From an uncultured Eubacteriales bacterium (GTDB taxonomy: Bacteria; Acidobacteriota; Aminicenantia; Aminicenantales; CALLJL01): 64,000 bases of DNA. Positions 30,038 through 39,915 of this stretch are shown here, in pieces. Location of the stretch: positions 3,051-67,050 of the forward strand of contig CAZVIN010000007.1 of assembly GCA_964627255.1 (NCBI GenBank). Direction: 5' to 3'. Position numbers and translations under genes: made by a program. The notes under the pieces are model-generated. The model saw only the letters and a program-made list of their open reading frames with translations, was not told the origin of the DNA and did no database searches. Each line of letters opens with the position of its first letter. Position 1 is the stretch's first letter.

Positions 30038-33000
30038 TTAAATTATAGTCTTATCCAGCGGGTCAGGCTGGACCAGTAATTTTCTGGTAGCTACTTCTTT
30101 TCCGTTAACACTCAGGATAACAAAGTAAGTTCCTGGGGAAACGGTTGACGGCCGACCGCGCCCCATGAAACCAGGTTGGTCACCCTCTTGTTGAGCCGCT
30201 CTAAGTGATAAATTCCAGAATATTTTTTGAATTCCCGGGGCAGTGGCCCCGTTAAGTTCTTGGACGATTTGGCCGTCAATATCCTTAATGGTTATGTTTA
30301 CCTTTTCTGCCTTATTCTTCAGGAAATAATAAATTGTGGCTCCAACTGGTGGATTTTGGGCCCGCGCTGCTTCGCCCATCGTGCTACCGCGGCGGTCAAA
30401 CAGGTTCCACCTGATTACTTCTTGGGGCTCAAAAAGATAGGCTTCTTGGGAAAAAGTTTCCGATTTGAATTCCTTGAGCGGATAGATGTCAGCGATATAA
30501 ATGCCGCGGCCGTAGGTGCCGATAGCCAAATCGCGGTCTCGTTTCTGGATTGCCAAGTCCATAATTATGACATCCGGGGCCGTCGATGAGAATTTGACCC
30601 AGTTTTTTCCCTGGTCAAAGGTAACAAAAATACTGTAATCGGTGGCCAAGTAAAGGATGTTCGGGTTGGCCGGGTCTTCCTCGATATCGTTAACGGGGTT
30701 ATTCAGCCCACCACTAATATCTTCGAAAGTCTGCCCTGAGTCCCGGGTAACAAAAAGATAAGTCTTATCTTCGTTGTGGGTACGATAACCTGAATAGGCG
30801 ACATAGCAAGTATTGCTGTCAAAAGCCGAGGGAAGAACTCTCACTACCCAGCGGTCATAGGGTATCCGAGCGCCCTTTATGTCTTTCTTTGGTTGACCAT
30901 TTTTATCGTAGAACTTGGCGGTGATGTTAACCCAGGTCACCCCGCCATCAGGACTCATCTGGAGGTTTCCATCATCCGTCCCAGCCCAGAGAACTCCTGG
31001 TTTCTTCGGCGATTCAGCGAAAGTATATATCGTGGCGTACTGGAGGTTAGTTTTTTTGGAAAGTTCAATTTTTTCTTTTTCGTTCTTTGTCAGGTCAGGA
31101 CTAATCGTTTGCCAGGTATCAGGCTCACCTCTGGTTAGGGAACGATGAACATATTGGGAACAGATATAAACAATACCGGGATTATGAGGGGAAAGCACAA
31201 TGGGCGCATTCCATTGGTATCTTTGAGCCGGAGCCCCCGCGGCTGTTTCCTCCGGTGTATTTCGGCGGGCCAGCCGAATTGTGTCGCCATTTTTTAGGTT
31301 CATTCGACTGGAGTTGCCGAATTGGCTTTCGTAATAAATAAATTCGTTATTCCAGTAATCCCGGACAGCATAGAAGCCGTCACCTGTGGGTAAATAAAGC
31401 CAATCAGCGGGATAAACGCCGTTGGGGTTGCGATTGCGGGAGGGGCCTATCCAGCAGCCATTATCCTGGGTTCCACCCATAACATTATAGGGAATAGAAT
31501 TATCCACGGCGATATCATAGAATTGCTGGGCGCTGATAGTTTCCTTTTGGTGCCAATGTTTGCCACCGTCCCAAGTTTCGCTTAATCCACCATCATTAGC
31601 GCTTAAGATGTGATTTGGGTTCTGCGGGTCGACCCAGAGAGCGCGATGGTCGACGTGGGTCTTGAAATTACCGTCCCAACCAGAAACCTTGAAAGTCTTG
31701 CCTCCATCCTCAGAGATAGTAACATTGGTATCCCCACAGAAGAGGCGGTTCTCATTGGTTTGGTCAACATAAATTCGGCCGTAATAGCCTGCTTCAGTCT
31801 GGTTAACCTGGGCGCTCCCGCCGACTATCTTGTACTCTGTCATCCGCCGCCAAGTTTCTCCTTGGTCGTCAGAACGATAAACGACCCCCGACCTTTTGAC
31901 TGGCTGGAGATTGCGAAAAGCATCGGCATAAAGAATTTCCAGAACGTGGCGGTTAATTATCTGATAGCGGCCCTTGGTATTTTCCGATTCTGGTTCTTTG
32001 AGCATCTTCTCGACTTCGGCTATAGCTTCAATTAAATCTTTATTCTTAGCGTGCACTTTCTTGGCCACTTGCTGCAGCTTGGTCAAATCGGCCCCAATTT
32101 TGGTCAAAAATTCTTTATCCCTAACCAGGTCGTTGAGCTGACGGACCAGAGTGGCCTCGTCTGGCGCTTGAAGAGGTGTAAACTTAACTAACTTGGCTAT
32201 CTCAGGGTGGACCTTATAAGTCTTAAGTTTATTGAAATAAAAATCATCACGGAAAAGTTGCCCCTGTCTAAAGTTGGCGCTGTTTTCTCTTTGGTCATAG
32301 CCAAGATTCACCTCTTCATCAAGACGAGCATAAACAATATTGGGATTTTTCTCGAAAATTGTCAGACCAGCCCGGCCTAAATCAATATCTAAAGGTAAAC
32401 CAGCTGTGAGTTTTTTCCAGGTCTGGCCGCCGTCAGTCGTTTTATAAAGATGATTGCCGGGTTGCCGGTCGATATAAGTCCAGGTGCGTCGGTAAGTTTT
32501 ATAAGCCGCCGCAATTACGATATCAGAATTGCGAGGGTCGATGACAAAATCAGCCACACCTCTATCCTTGACGGGGAAAACATTGGTCCAGGTTTTACCG
32601 CCGTCGGTCGTTTTATAGAGGCCTCGCTCGCAATCCATTTCGTTGTCATAGAGCTTTCCTTCACAGGCTACATAGACAATATCAGGGTTTTTAAAGTCTA
32701 TCTCAATCTTAGGAATGAAATAGCTCTTTTCTAATCCCACATTGGTCCAGGTTTTGCCGCCGTCAGTTGATTTCCAGACACCGTTACCGTGGGCGCTGGA
32801 GCGGGCGTGCATCGGTTCTCCTGTACCTAAATAAAGGATATCAGGGTTAGACGGAGCAATGGCTAAATAGCCCATACTCATGTTGCCGTATTTTTCAAAA
32901 ATAGGTTCAAAATGGATACCTCCGTCGACCGTTTTCCAGAGGCCGCCGCTAGCTGTTAGCACATAATAAATAAGAGTCTGACCACGAGGAACAGCCACAT

Positions 33001-33160
33001 TGGTTATGCGACCTGAAAAGGACCAGGGTCCAATATGCCGCCAGCTAAAATTATCGAGGTCTTTTGTCTCTATCGGCGGTTTCTCTTGGGCAATTAGAAA
33101 AGGAAAAGATAATAAAAATAAGAGAGCCCACACCCTAACCTTATGCTTTAAACAAAACAT
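30038..33160 (-). CDS. BNR/Asp-box repeat (sortilin/Vps10-like) secreted protein with a possible T9SS-type C-terminal sorting domain
   Basis: 1040 aa. Signal peptide. At least nine Asp-box motifs (TTDGGKTW, STDGGKTW, TDGGQTW, DDQGETW, EDGGKTF, WDGGKHW, SPDGGVTW, RDSGQTF, FDQGKNW). C-terminal approximately 90 aa contain GTYFVILSVNGKEVATRKLLVQ, which resembles the T9SS CTD. AAGGAGG RBS. Confidence 0.8.
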   Translation of the reverse strand: MFCLKHKVRVWALLFLLSFPFLIAQEKPPIETKDLDNFSWRHIGPWSFSGRITNVAVPRGQTLIYYVLTASGGLWKTVDGGIHFEPIFEKYGNMSMGYLAIAPSNPDILYLGTGEPMHARSSAHGNGVWKSTDGGKTWTNVGLEKSYFIPKIEIDFKNPDIVYVACEGKLYDNEMDCERGLYKTTDGGKTWTNVFPVKDRGVADFVIDPRNSDIVIAAAYKTYRRTWTYIDRQPGNHLYKTTDGGQTWKKLTAGLPLDIDLGRAGLTIFEKNPNIVYARLDEEVNLGYDQRENSANFRQGQLFRDDFYFNKLKTYKVHPEIAKLVKFTPLQAPDEATLVRQLNDLVRDKEFLTKIGADLTKLQQVAKKVHAKNKDLIEAIAEVEKMLKEPESENTKGRYQIINRHVLEILYADAFRNLQPVKRSGVVYRSDDQGETWRRMTEYKIVGGSAQVNQTEAGYYGRIYVDQTNENRLFCGDTNVTISEDGGKTFKVSGWDGNFKTHVDHRALWVDPQNPNHILSANDGGLSETWDGGKHWHQKETISAQQFYDIAVDNSIPYNVMGGTQDNGCWIGPSRNRNPNGVYPADWLYLPTGDGFYAVRDYWNNEFIYYESQFGNSSRMNLKNGDTIRLARRNTPEETAAGAPAQRYQWNAPIVLSPHNPGIVYICSQYVHRSLTRGEPDTWQTISPDLTKNEKEKIELSKKTNLQYATIYTFAESPKKPGVLWAGTDDGNLQMSPDGGVTWVNITAKFYDKNGQPKKDIKGARIPYDRWVVRVLPSAFDSNTCYVAYSGYRTHNEDKTYLFVTRDSGQTFEDISGGLNNPVNDIEEDPANPNILYLATDYSIFVTFDQGKNWVKFSSTAPDVIIMDLAIQKRDRDLAIGTYGRGIYIADIYPLKEFKSETFSQEAYLFEPQEVIRWNLFDRRGSTMGEAARAQNPPVGATIYYFLKNKAEKVNITIKDIDGQIVQELNGATAPGIQKIFWNLSLRAAQQEGDQPGFMGRGRPSTVSPGTYFVILSVNGKEVATRKLLVQPDPLDKTII

Positions 33161-33242
33161 AAGTCCTCCTTTTTTAAAAGAATAAGGAGGTTTTATATCA
33201 GAATCAAATAGGAAAAAAAAGAGGTAGGGGTAAGACGGAGAT

Positions 33243-33633
33243 TCAGCTCAGCAAGCGGGATAAAAATTCGTGAGGAAGGGGTGTGACCTCGGCTTGCGAG
33301 TTAACCGGTACATGGACTGTGTAGCCCTCGGCGATAATGGTTGAGCGGTCGGAGCTCAGAAGGCGGTAGTCAAAAACAATTTTCTTCGGTTTAGCCTCAC
33401 GGCAGGCAGTTTGAATGATAAAGCAATCATCGTAGCGGAGGGGTTTGCGGTAACGACAAAAAGCCGCCACCACCACTAAGAAAAAGCCTTTTTTTTCGAT
33501 TTCTTTATAGGGAATTCCTTTTTGACGGCAAAATTCTGTCCGGCCTATCTCAAACCAGTCAAAATAATGCTTATTATGGGCAACTCCAAATTGGTCAACT
33601 TCTGAATACCTGACTCTTTCTTCAATTTCCACC
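33243..33633 (-). CDS. Acyl-CoA thioesterase (hotdog fold, YbgC/4HBT family)
   Basis: Hotdog thioesterase core (YSEVDQFGVAHNKHYFDWFE). The start is placed at a GTG/TTG around 33633-33636, because the longer ORF to 33803 overlaps the DUF507 gene by 140 nt. The start codon is uncertain. Confidence 0.65.
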
Positions 33634-33663
33634 AAAGGTTGTTCTATAACCTCGTCGTGGGCT

Positions 33664-33954
33664 TCAGTCGACGACCTTGCCGAGTTTGGCCAATTCTTCG
33701 TTATAATATTTGCGGTAAAGAATTTCCCACTCACGGCTCCCTTCTTCGATTGGTTTCTTTTGGGTCTGAATCTTCTCAATCGCCTTTTTATCCAGAGATT
33801 CATAAAGTTTTAGCTCTTCCTCGATCGAACGGACAATTATCAGGCGGATTTCGTTGGCCTCGTCCAAGAATTCAACTTGGTCGCTACGGTGGAGGTGATT
33901 AAGGATTAACCGTGCCAAATGATTGATTTTCTCGCGGGACAAGCGATTGCTCAC
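33664..33954 (-). CDS. DUF507 family protein (paralog 1)
   Basis: 96 aa; LSREKINHLARLIL and GSREWEILYRKYYNEE match PF04368/DUF507. Confidence 0.7.
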   Translation of the reverse strand: MSNRLSREKINHLARLILNHLHRSDQVEFLDEANEIRLIIVRSIEEELKLYESLDKKAIEKIQTQKKPIEEGSREWEILYRKYYNEELAKLGKVVD

Positions 33955-34229
33955 AGGACAATGTTCCTTTCTTTGGCCAGTTTAGTCTTTATCATCCGGA
34001 ACATCGTCTGGTATTCGATATTCTCCCGGCGAATCTTCTCCATGTGTTTGCTGAGGATTTCCCTTACTTCTTGGTCCAGCTGGTCCTCTTTGATAAATTC
34101 TTCCAAGAGAATATTAACCAGTTCGTCGACCAGCTTGGTTTTATCATCCACCACTATTTTGTTCTCGCGAAGGAGATTCCGGACGATGACCGAAGCCATA
34201 TGATCAATTTGATTTTTATTTAGCCTCAT
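33951..34229 (-). CDS. DUF507 family protein (paralog 2)
   Basis: 92 aa homologous to the adjacent DUF507 gene (NKNQIDHMASVIVRNL). Has a 4-nt ATGA overlap with paralog 1. Confidence 0.7.
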   Translation of the reverse strand: MRLNKNQIDHMASVIVRNLLRENKIVVDDKTKLVDELVNILLEEFIKEDQLDQEVREILSKHMEKIRRENIEYQTMFRMIKTKLAKERNIVL

Positions 34230-34380
34230 ATCATATTTTAAAATACACTACCCCTCCCCAAAATTCAAGGACTTGAACCCTTAAAAAATTATAATTTAGT
34301 CGTTCTTTCTACAAAGAGGACTTTTTGGTTTTAAAACAACCAGGCTATGCTTGAGTTCTTTCCCTTTGCATGGTTTAAGC

Positions 34381-35310
34381 TCAAAGGAGAAGGAAGGGGA
34401 CAAGAGAGCCTGGCTCTGTCCCCGGATGGGCCAAACCCAGGAACCGGCCGTCTTGACTAAAAAGGCGAATCATTGATTCTGTTTCTGAAGGCAGTGGGGG
34501 AAGGGAAGGGGGAAGAATAGACAGGAAGGCTTCCTTGGGAAGAATTCGGTTTTTGCCTATCTGGCCGGTGGCCAGCTCAAGCAGGATAGCCTTAGGTCGG
34601 TCTTCCAGGACTTTTTCCAGGGGAATAAGAAGCTCTACGACTCGTTTTTCCCTGGCTAAGTTTTCTACCTCCTCCAGAGTTCGAGCCTGTTCCAACTGAA
34701 AAGGACCAACGGCTAATCTCCTCAGCTCAGCTAAATGGCCGCCACAGCCCAAGATTTGGCCAAGGTCATGAGCTAAGCTCCGAACATAAGTTCCTGAGCT
34801 ACAATTAAGTTCAAAACTTAAATCAGGAGGGGTGTAGCTTATTAGCCGGAGGCCATAAATAATAACTTTTACCGGCTTCACTGGCGGCAACTGACCCCGC
34901 CGGGCTAACCGATAAAAAGGCTGACCCTTATATTTTTTGGCCGAAAATAAGGGTGGCTTTTGGGTAATTTCGCCCTCAAAAGCTTTCAGGCCCCGGACCA
35001 ATTGCTCTTGAGAGGGGAAATCTGAAGAGGGCGGGGCCAACGGCTGTCCTTCAGCATCGTAGGTATCAGTAGCTACTCCTAACCGGATTGAGCCAACATA
35101 CGTCTTCGGTAGCCGGGAAAGAACCGGAAAGAGTCGAGTTGCACGTCCGAAACCGATAACCAGCAGCCCGGAAGCGAGAGGGTCAAGAGAACCAAAATGA
35201 CCAGCTCTTTTCCAGCCCGTCAGGCGGCGCAGGCGGTCTACGGCGTCGTGGGAGGTGTATCCTGGTGGTTTGTCGATAAGAAGAATTCCGTCGGGGTTGA
35301 CTAAATTCAT
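34381..35310 (-). CDS. truB: tRNA pseudouridine(55) synthase
   Basis: 309 aa with GILLIDKPPGYTSHD and the GHFGSLDPLASG catalytic Asp motif, plus a PUA-like C-terminus. Confidence 0.92.
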   Translation of the reverse strand: MNLVNPDGILLIDKPPGYTSHDAVDRLRRLTGWKRAGHFGSLDPLASGLLVIGFGRATRLFPVLSRLPKTYVGSIRLGVATDTYDAEGQPLAPPSSDFPSQEQLVRGLKAFEGEITQKPPLFSAKKYKGQPFYRLARRGQLPPVKPVKVIIYGLRLISYTPPDLSFELNCSSGTYVRSLAHDLGQILGCGGHLAELRRLAVGPFQLEQARTLEEVENLAREKRVVELLIPLEKVLEDRPKAILLELATGQIGKNRILPKEAFLSILPPSLPPLPSETESMIRLFSQDGRFLGLAHPGTEPGSLVPFLLL

Positions 35311-35340
35311 CCCTGGTTTGATTTTAATAGAAATAGGCTT

Positions 35341-36318
35341 TTAGGAGCTAACGAAATTATTAATTAATTTCTCGACAGTTCGCGGCACTTCCTGGATTAA
35401 GCATTCATACGAGCCATGAACCGTAAAGCCAGCGGCATGAACATGCCCGCCCCCGCCAAAGTATTCGGCGATAGCTGCCGCGTTCACCCCCCCTTTTGAC
35501 CGAAGGGAGACGCGATAAGTGTTATGGTCGACTTCCTTGAAGAAAAGAACGAGGTCGACACCTCGGATGGAACGTGCCAGGGTGGTAATATCTTCAGTGT
35601 CGACTTCGCGCAGACCTAATCTTTCCAGAAAAGAACGAAACATCGTAATTATGGCAATGTTGCCTCGAGGATTCATTTTCAAGGTGGAAAGGACAAGACC
35701 TAAGAGTTTGATTTTTTCTGGCAAATAATTGTTAAAAAGAAGTTCAGAAACCCGGGATGGCTCGGCCCCGGCCCTGACCAGATAGTGACAGACCTCGAAG
35801 GTCTGAGCGTTGGTGTTAGAAAATTGAAATCCCCCAGTATCAGAGGCAATGGCACAATAAAGGTGATTAGCCATCGCTGGGGTTAACTTTATTTTAAGCT
35901 CCCGGGCTAGCCAGAAAGCCATTTCTCCGACCGCCGCTGCCCCTGCCTCTACCCAGTTTATCGGAGCATAATGAAAGTTTGAGTAATGGTGGTCGATGTT
36001 GATTAAAAAATAGCCGTCAAGATGTTCCTGACCAGAACGTTCGACGCTGGCACACTCGAGGAGAATAATACAATCACCAGTTTCGGGGTAGATTTGGCCA
36101 TGACGAATCCTGTCGGCATCCGGAACATGGGAAAAAGGAAAGGGGGTTTGGTCATGATTAATTATCAAAGCTTGCTTGCCCAAGGCTTCGGCCATATGGG
36201 CCAGGGCTAAACTCGTACAAATAGAATCACCGTCAGGACGGAGATGAGAAGTGATAATGATTTTTTGGCTGGATAAAAACTTAGCGGCCACCTGTTTGAT
36301 GGCAGATTCATTCATGCC
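35341..36318 (-). CDS. nrnA: Bifunctional oligoribonuclease / pAp phosphatase NrnA (DHH-DHHA1)
   Basis: DHH motifs (HLRPDGDS, DHHYSN) and a DHHA1 C-terminal domain with a GGGH motif. The start is taken at the internal Met (MNESAIKQ) to avoid a 50-nt overlap with rbfA. Confidence 0.85.
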   Translation of the reverse strand, partial: GMNESAIKQVAAKFLSSQKIIITSHLRPDGDSICTSLALAHMAEALGKQALIINHDQTPFPFSHVPDADRIRHGQIYPETGDCIILLECASVERSGQEHLDGYFLINIDHHYSNFHYAPINWVEAGAAAVGEMAFWLARELKIKLTPAMANHLYCAIASDTGGFQFSNTNAQTFEVCHYLVRAGAEPSRVSELLFNNYLPEKIKLLGLVLSTLKMNPRGNIAIITMFRSFLERLGLREVDTEDITTLARSIRGVDLVLFFKEVDHNTYRVSLRSKGGVNAAAIAEYFGGGGHVHAAGFTVHGSYECLIQEVPRTVEKLINNFVSS

Positions 36319-36655
36319 TTTTGATTTTGTCGAGGAGGGTATCGATTTTTTGCTCATGCTCGGCGACCGGGTCCAGGAAAAAAAATAGCTCTGGATTATA
36401 CTTCATGTTTATCTTAGAGGCAAGTATTTTCCGAATATGAGCCTTGCGTCTTTCAAAAAAGCCAAGGATATCATGGCCGGTAGCCTCTCCAAAAACCCTG
36501 AGATAGACTCTGGCCGTCTTTAAATCACCGCTCATCTCGACGCGACTTACGATTATAAAGGCCCTGTCAACCAGATGCAGGTCTCGCTGGATGATTTCAC
36601 TTATAGCTGCCTGAAAAAGGCTGGCGACTCGCTCTTGCCGTCTGGTTATAGTCAA
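36308..36655 (-). CDS. rbfA: Ribosome-binding factor A
   Basis: 115 aa; the N-terminus RRQERVASLFQAAISEII is typical of RbfA. Confidence 0.9.
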   Translation of the reverse strand: MTITRRQERVASLFQAAISEIIQRDLHLVDRAFIIVSRVEMSGDLKTARVYLRVFGEATGHDILGFFERRKAHIRKILASKINMKYNPELFFFLDPVAEHEQKIDTLLDKIKRHE

Positions 36656-36679
36656 TTTTTTAGTCCTAAAGGAGCTTTT

Positions 36680-36961
36680 TCAGAGATGAAGAATCTCGGA
36701 ACGGATAATTTGACCATCGAGACGACTCTCGGCTTCCCTGATTATCTTTTCTAAGGTTTGGTCGACAATGTTCTGTTCGTTATTAACGGTGATTATCGCC
36801 AGAGTGGCCAACTGCCATTTATCATGCTGGGAGACTTCTGCCAGAGAGACGTTGAAAAGTCGCCTAATTCTCTCTTTAAAACCGGTCATGACCGCTCTTT
36901 TGTCTTTGAGCGAAGAGGCGTGCGGCAGATGAACCTCCAATAGAAGTAACCCAATAACCAT
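36680..36961 (-). CDS. DUF503 family protein (YlxP-like)
   Basis: 93 aa in the conserved infB-[DUF503]-rbfA position. Confidence 0.7.
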   Translation of the reverse strand: MVIGLLLLEVHLPHASSLKDKRAVMTGFKERIRRLFNVSLAEVSQHDKWQLATLAIITVNNEQNIVDQTLEKIIREAESRLDGQIIRSEILHL

Positions 36962-36967
36962 CTCTTC

Positions 36968-38770
36968 TTATTCCAGTTTCCTTTTTTCTATTTGAAAAGC
37001 GTAAATAATATCGCCTTCCCGGAAATCCTGAAATCGGTCCAGACTCAGCCCGCATTCCATATCCTTTTTTACTTCCGAGACGTTATCCTTAAGGTGTTTG
37101 AGAGAAGCAATCCGCCCCTGATAAACGACTTCATTCTTGCGCAGAACCCTGGCTTCCGCCTGGCGAGTTATCTTGCCTTCGAGTACATAGCAACCTGCCA
37201 CCTTGCCCACTCGGGCAATTTCAAAGATTTTTCTCACTTCAGCTCGTCCCAGCGGAATTTCGATGACTTCAGGCTCCAATTTACCGCGAATCGCCTTCTT
37301 GAGGTCATCAATGAGCTCATAAATTACCTGGTAGCTCCTGATTTCCACCTTTTCCTTCCGGGCTAATTCCTGGATGGCGGGAGGTAAGCGAAGATTATAG
37401 GACAGGATGACAGCTTTAGAGGCTGAGGCCAGCAAAATGTCCGATTCGGTTACCGGGCCAGTGGCTGCATGAATAATCTTAATAGCCACCTGTTCGGTGG
37501 CAAAAGTGGGTAAGAGGGAGCGAAGGACATCAACTGATCCCTGAACATCGGCCTTGATAATCAGAGCAAATTCCTTAGCCTCGCCTTTTTCAATCTGCTT
37601 AAAGAGTTCATCGAGAGAGAGGACTTGAGGTCGAGTTGGCTCTTCCTTCTTTACCTTCGCCAACCTGCCTGTAACGATTCTTTGAGCCGTTTCCATGTCT
37701 GGAACAACCTGAAAATAGTCCCCAGCCTGAGGAACGTCGCTAAAACCCAGAACTTCTACCGGCATCGACGGTTCAACTCGACGAATAGGACGGCCAAGGT
37801 CGTCAAAAAGCGCTCTAATTTTGCCGTAAGTCAGCCCAGAAATAAAAGCTTGACCAGCCAAAAGCACGCCATGTTGGAGGATAACCGTGGCGCTGGGCCC
37901 TTTTTTGGGGTCGAGCTTAGCCTCAAGGACAATTCCTTGCGCTTCCACCTGCGGGTTAGCCTTGATTTCGATAATATCAGCCAGCAGCAGAATCATCTCC
38001 AGCAGTTCGCCGATATTCTTTTTTTCCTTGGCTGAAACCTCAACGCAGATGATTTCTCCACCCCATTGCTCTATTAGTAGTCCTTCTTGGGCTAATTGTT
38101 GTTTTACTCTTTCCGGGTTGGCTTCGGGTTTATCAATTTTATTGATGGCGACAATGATGGGCACACCGGCCGCTCGCGCATGACTGATAGCTTCTTTAGT
38201 TTGGGGCATAACTCCGTCGTCAGCCGCTACTACTAGAACCACGATATCGGTGATTTGAGCGCCTCGGCGGCGAAGCTGGGTAAAAGCTTCGTGGCCGGGC
38301 GTATCGACAAACGTAATCCAGCGATTCTGCCAGGAAACGCGGTAAGCACCAATGTGCTGCGTGATTCCTCCGAATTCTTTATCGACCAACCGGGAATGGC
38401 GAATAGCGTCAAGCAAAGTGGTTTTGCCGTGGTCGACATGCCCCATGATGGTAACCACAGGAGGCCGGGTTATGAGCTGGTCCTTTTGGGCCAGAGCCCG
38501 GCGCTTGACTTCCTGTTCATACGGAACTAACTCGACCTCACAGTTGAATTCCTGGCCCAGAATAGGGATAAACGACTCATCCACCAAATCGCTCAAATCG
38601 GCGATTTTCCCCCGGCTCTCCAGCTTAACTAACAGGTCACGCGTCTTTATGTTCAGCCGTTCGGCGACTTCCTTGAGAGTCATTCCCTCCCGCAAAACGT
38701 AGTGCGGTCGGGCGGGCGGCGCTTTAACCGCGGCCGCCTTTGCCTTTTTCTTAGGTTTACTTTTTTCCAT
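36968..38770 (-). CDS. infB: Translation initiation factor IF-2 (short form)
   Basis: 600 aa. G-domain GHVDHGKTTLLD, DTPGHEAF and NKID motifs, followed by the C-terminal beta-barrels. Confidence 0.95.
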   Translation of the reverse strand: MEKSKPKKKAKAAAVKAPPARPHYVLREGMTLKEVAERLNIKTRDLLVKLESRGKIADLSDLVDESFIPILGQEFNCEVELVPYEQEVKRRALAQKDQLITRPPVVTIMGHVDHGKTTLLDAIRHSRLVDKEFGGITQHIGAYRVSWQNRWITFVDTPGHEAFTQLRRRGAQITDIVVLVVAADDGVMPQTKEAISHARAAGVPIIVAINKIDKPEANPERVKQQLAQEGLLIEQWGGEIICVEVSAKEKKNIGELLEMILLLADIIEIKANPQVEAQGIVLEAKLDPKKGPSATVILQHGVLLAGQAFISGLTYGKIRALFDDLGRPIRRVEPSMPVEVLGFSDVPQAGDYFQVVPDMETAQRIVTGRLAKVKKEEPTRPQVLSLDELFKQIEKGEAKEFALIIKADVQGSVDVLRSLLPTFATEQVAIKIIHAATGPVTESDILLASASKAVILSYNLRLPPAIQELARKEKVEIRSYQVIYELIDDLKKAIRGKLEPEVIEIPLGRAEVRKIFEIARVGKVAGCYVLEGKITRQAEARVLRKNEVVYQGRIASLKHLKDNVSEVKKDMECGLSLDRFQDFREGDIIYAFQIEKRKLE

Positions 38771-38773
38771 GGT

Positions 38774-39811
38774 TTATGCTTCTTCTTTGATTTCAATCTT
38801 CCAGCCAGTCAAGCGGGAGGCCAACCTAACATTGACCCCTTTTTTACCAATAGCCAGGGAGAGCTGGTCCTTAGGAACGAGAGCCCGCATGATTTTTTCC
38901 TGGCGGTTGACAATAACTATATTCTCAATCTTTGCCGGACTTAAGGCTGACCGGGCATAGCTAACAGGGTCAGATGACCAGATGATAACATCTATTTTTT
39001 CGCCCTGAAGCTCCTTGCTTATGGCCTGAATCCTGTTCCCCTTTACCCCAATGCAAGCGCCGACCGGGTCAACGTCCTCTTCGGAGGCAAAAACGGCCAC
39101 TTTGGCCCTTTCTCCGGGCTGACGGACAATATCTTTTATTTCGATCAAGCCGTTAGCCACCTCGGGGACTTCGACCTCGAGAAGTTTGGCCAAGAAACGG
39201 GGCGAAGTACGGGAAATAAAGACCTGGGAACCCTTGGGACCTCTGATTACCTGAGTGATAATTGCTTTAACCCGGTCACCACGGTTAAACTCCTCGTTTG
39301 GCAACTTCTCCCGCAGCGGGAAAATAACTTCAGCGTTATTGACCTCAACAATGAGATTCTGAGCCTCAAGACGCCGGACGAATCCGGTAACTATTTCCCC
39401 AACCCGGGGAGCGAATTCATCGTAGATTTTCTCCTGCTCCGCGTCGCGAACTTTTTGAAAAATAACCTGTTTGGCTGCTTGGGCGGATATCCGGCCTAAG
39501 GTTTCGGCCGGAAGGTCGAGCTCGAGATAATCGCCGACCTTAGCCTTGCTCCAGACTTGCCGCGCTTCCTCTAAGGAGATCTCGGTTGCTTTGCTGCGTA
39601 TTTTATCGACAACTTTTTTGACGGTGTAAACGCGAAGCTCGCCCTCTTCGGGGTTAAAATTAACGATGATTTTTTCGCCGTGGGAAAAATATTTGCTTGA
39701 AGCAACTCTAAGGGACTCGCTTATGGCGTTGACAATAACCTGGGGGTCGACACCTCTTTCTTGGCTAAGCTGAAGAATAGAAGGCCATACGTCAATTTTC
39801 ATCGAGACCAC
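38774..39811 (-). CDS. nusA: Transcription termination/antitermination factor NusA
   Basis: 345 aa with N-terminal, S1 and tandem KH domains. GTG start at 39811 or ATG at 39802. Confidence 0.92.
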   Translation of the reverse strand: MVSMKIDVWPSILQLSQERGVDPQVIVNAISESLRVASSKYFSHGEKIIVNFNPEEGELRVYTVKKVVDKIRSKATEISLEEARQVWSKAKVGDYLELDLPAETLGRISAQAAKQVIFQKVRDAEQEKIYDEFAPRVGEIVTGFVRRLEAQNLIVEVNNAEVIFPLREKLPNEEFNRGDRVKAIITQVIRGPKGSQVFISRTSPRFLAKLLEVEVPEVANGLIEIKDIVRQPGERAKVAVFASEEDVDPVGACIGVKGNRIQAISKELQGEKIDVIIWSSDPVSYARSALSPAKIENIVIVNRQEKIMRALVPKDQLSLAIGKKGVNVRLASRLTGWKIEIKEEA

Positions 39812-39915
39812 AGACCTCGCGGAGGGTCCTTAAGAATTGGCCATTATAATCGAAAGCGAAGATAATAGCAAACCCGGCCTCTTGGGCTAAAAATATTTTG
39901 TCTTTAAATTTTTTT

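Noticed and set aside
33243-33803. Extended 186-aa version of the thioesterase ORF
   Set aside because: The N-terminal 55 residues are basic and low-complexity and overlap the DUF507 gene by 140 nt. The hotdog domain begins after that, so an internal GTG/TTG start is preferred.
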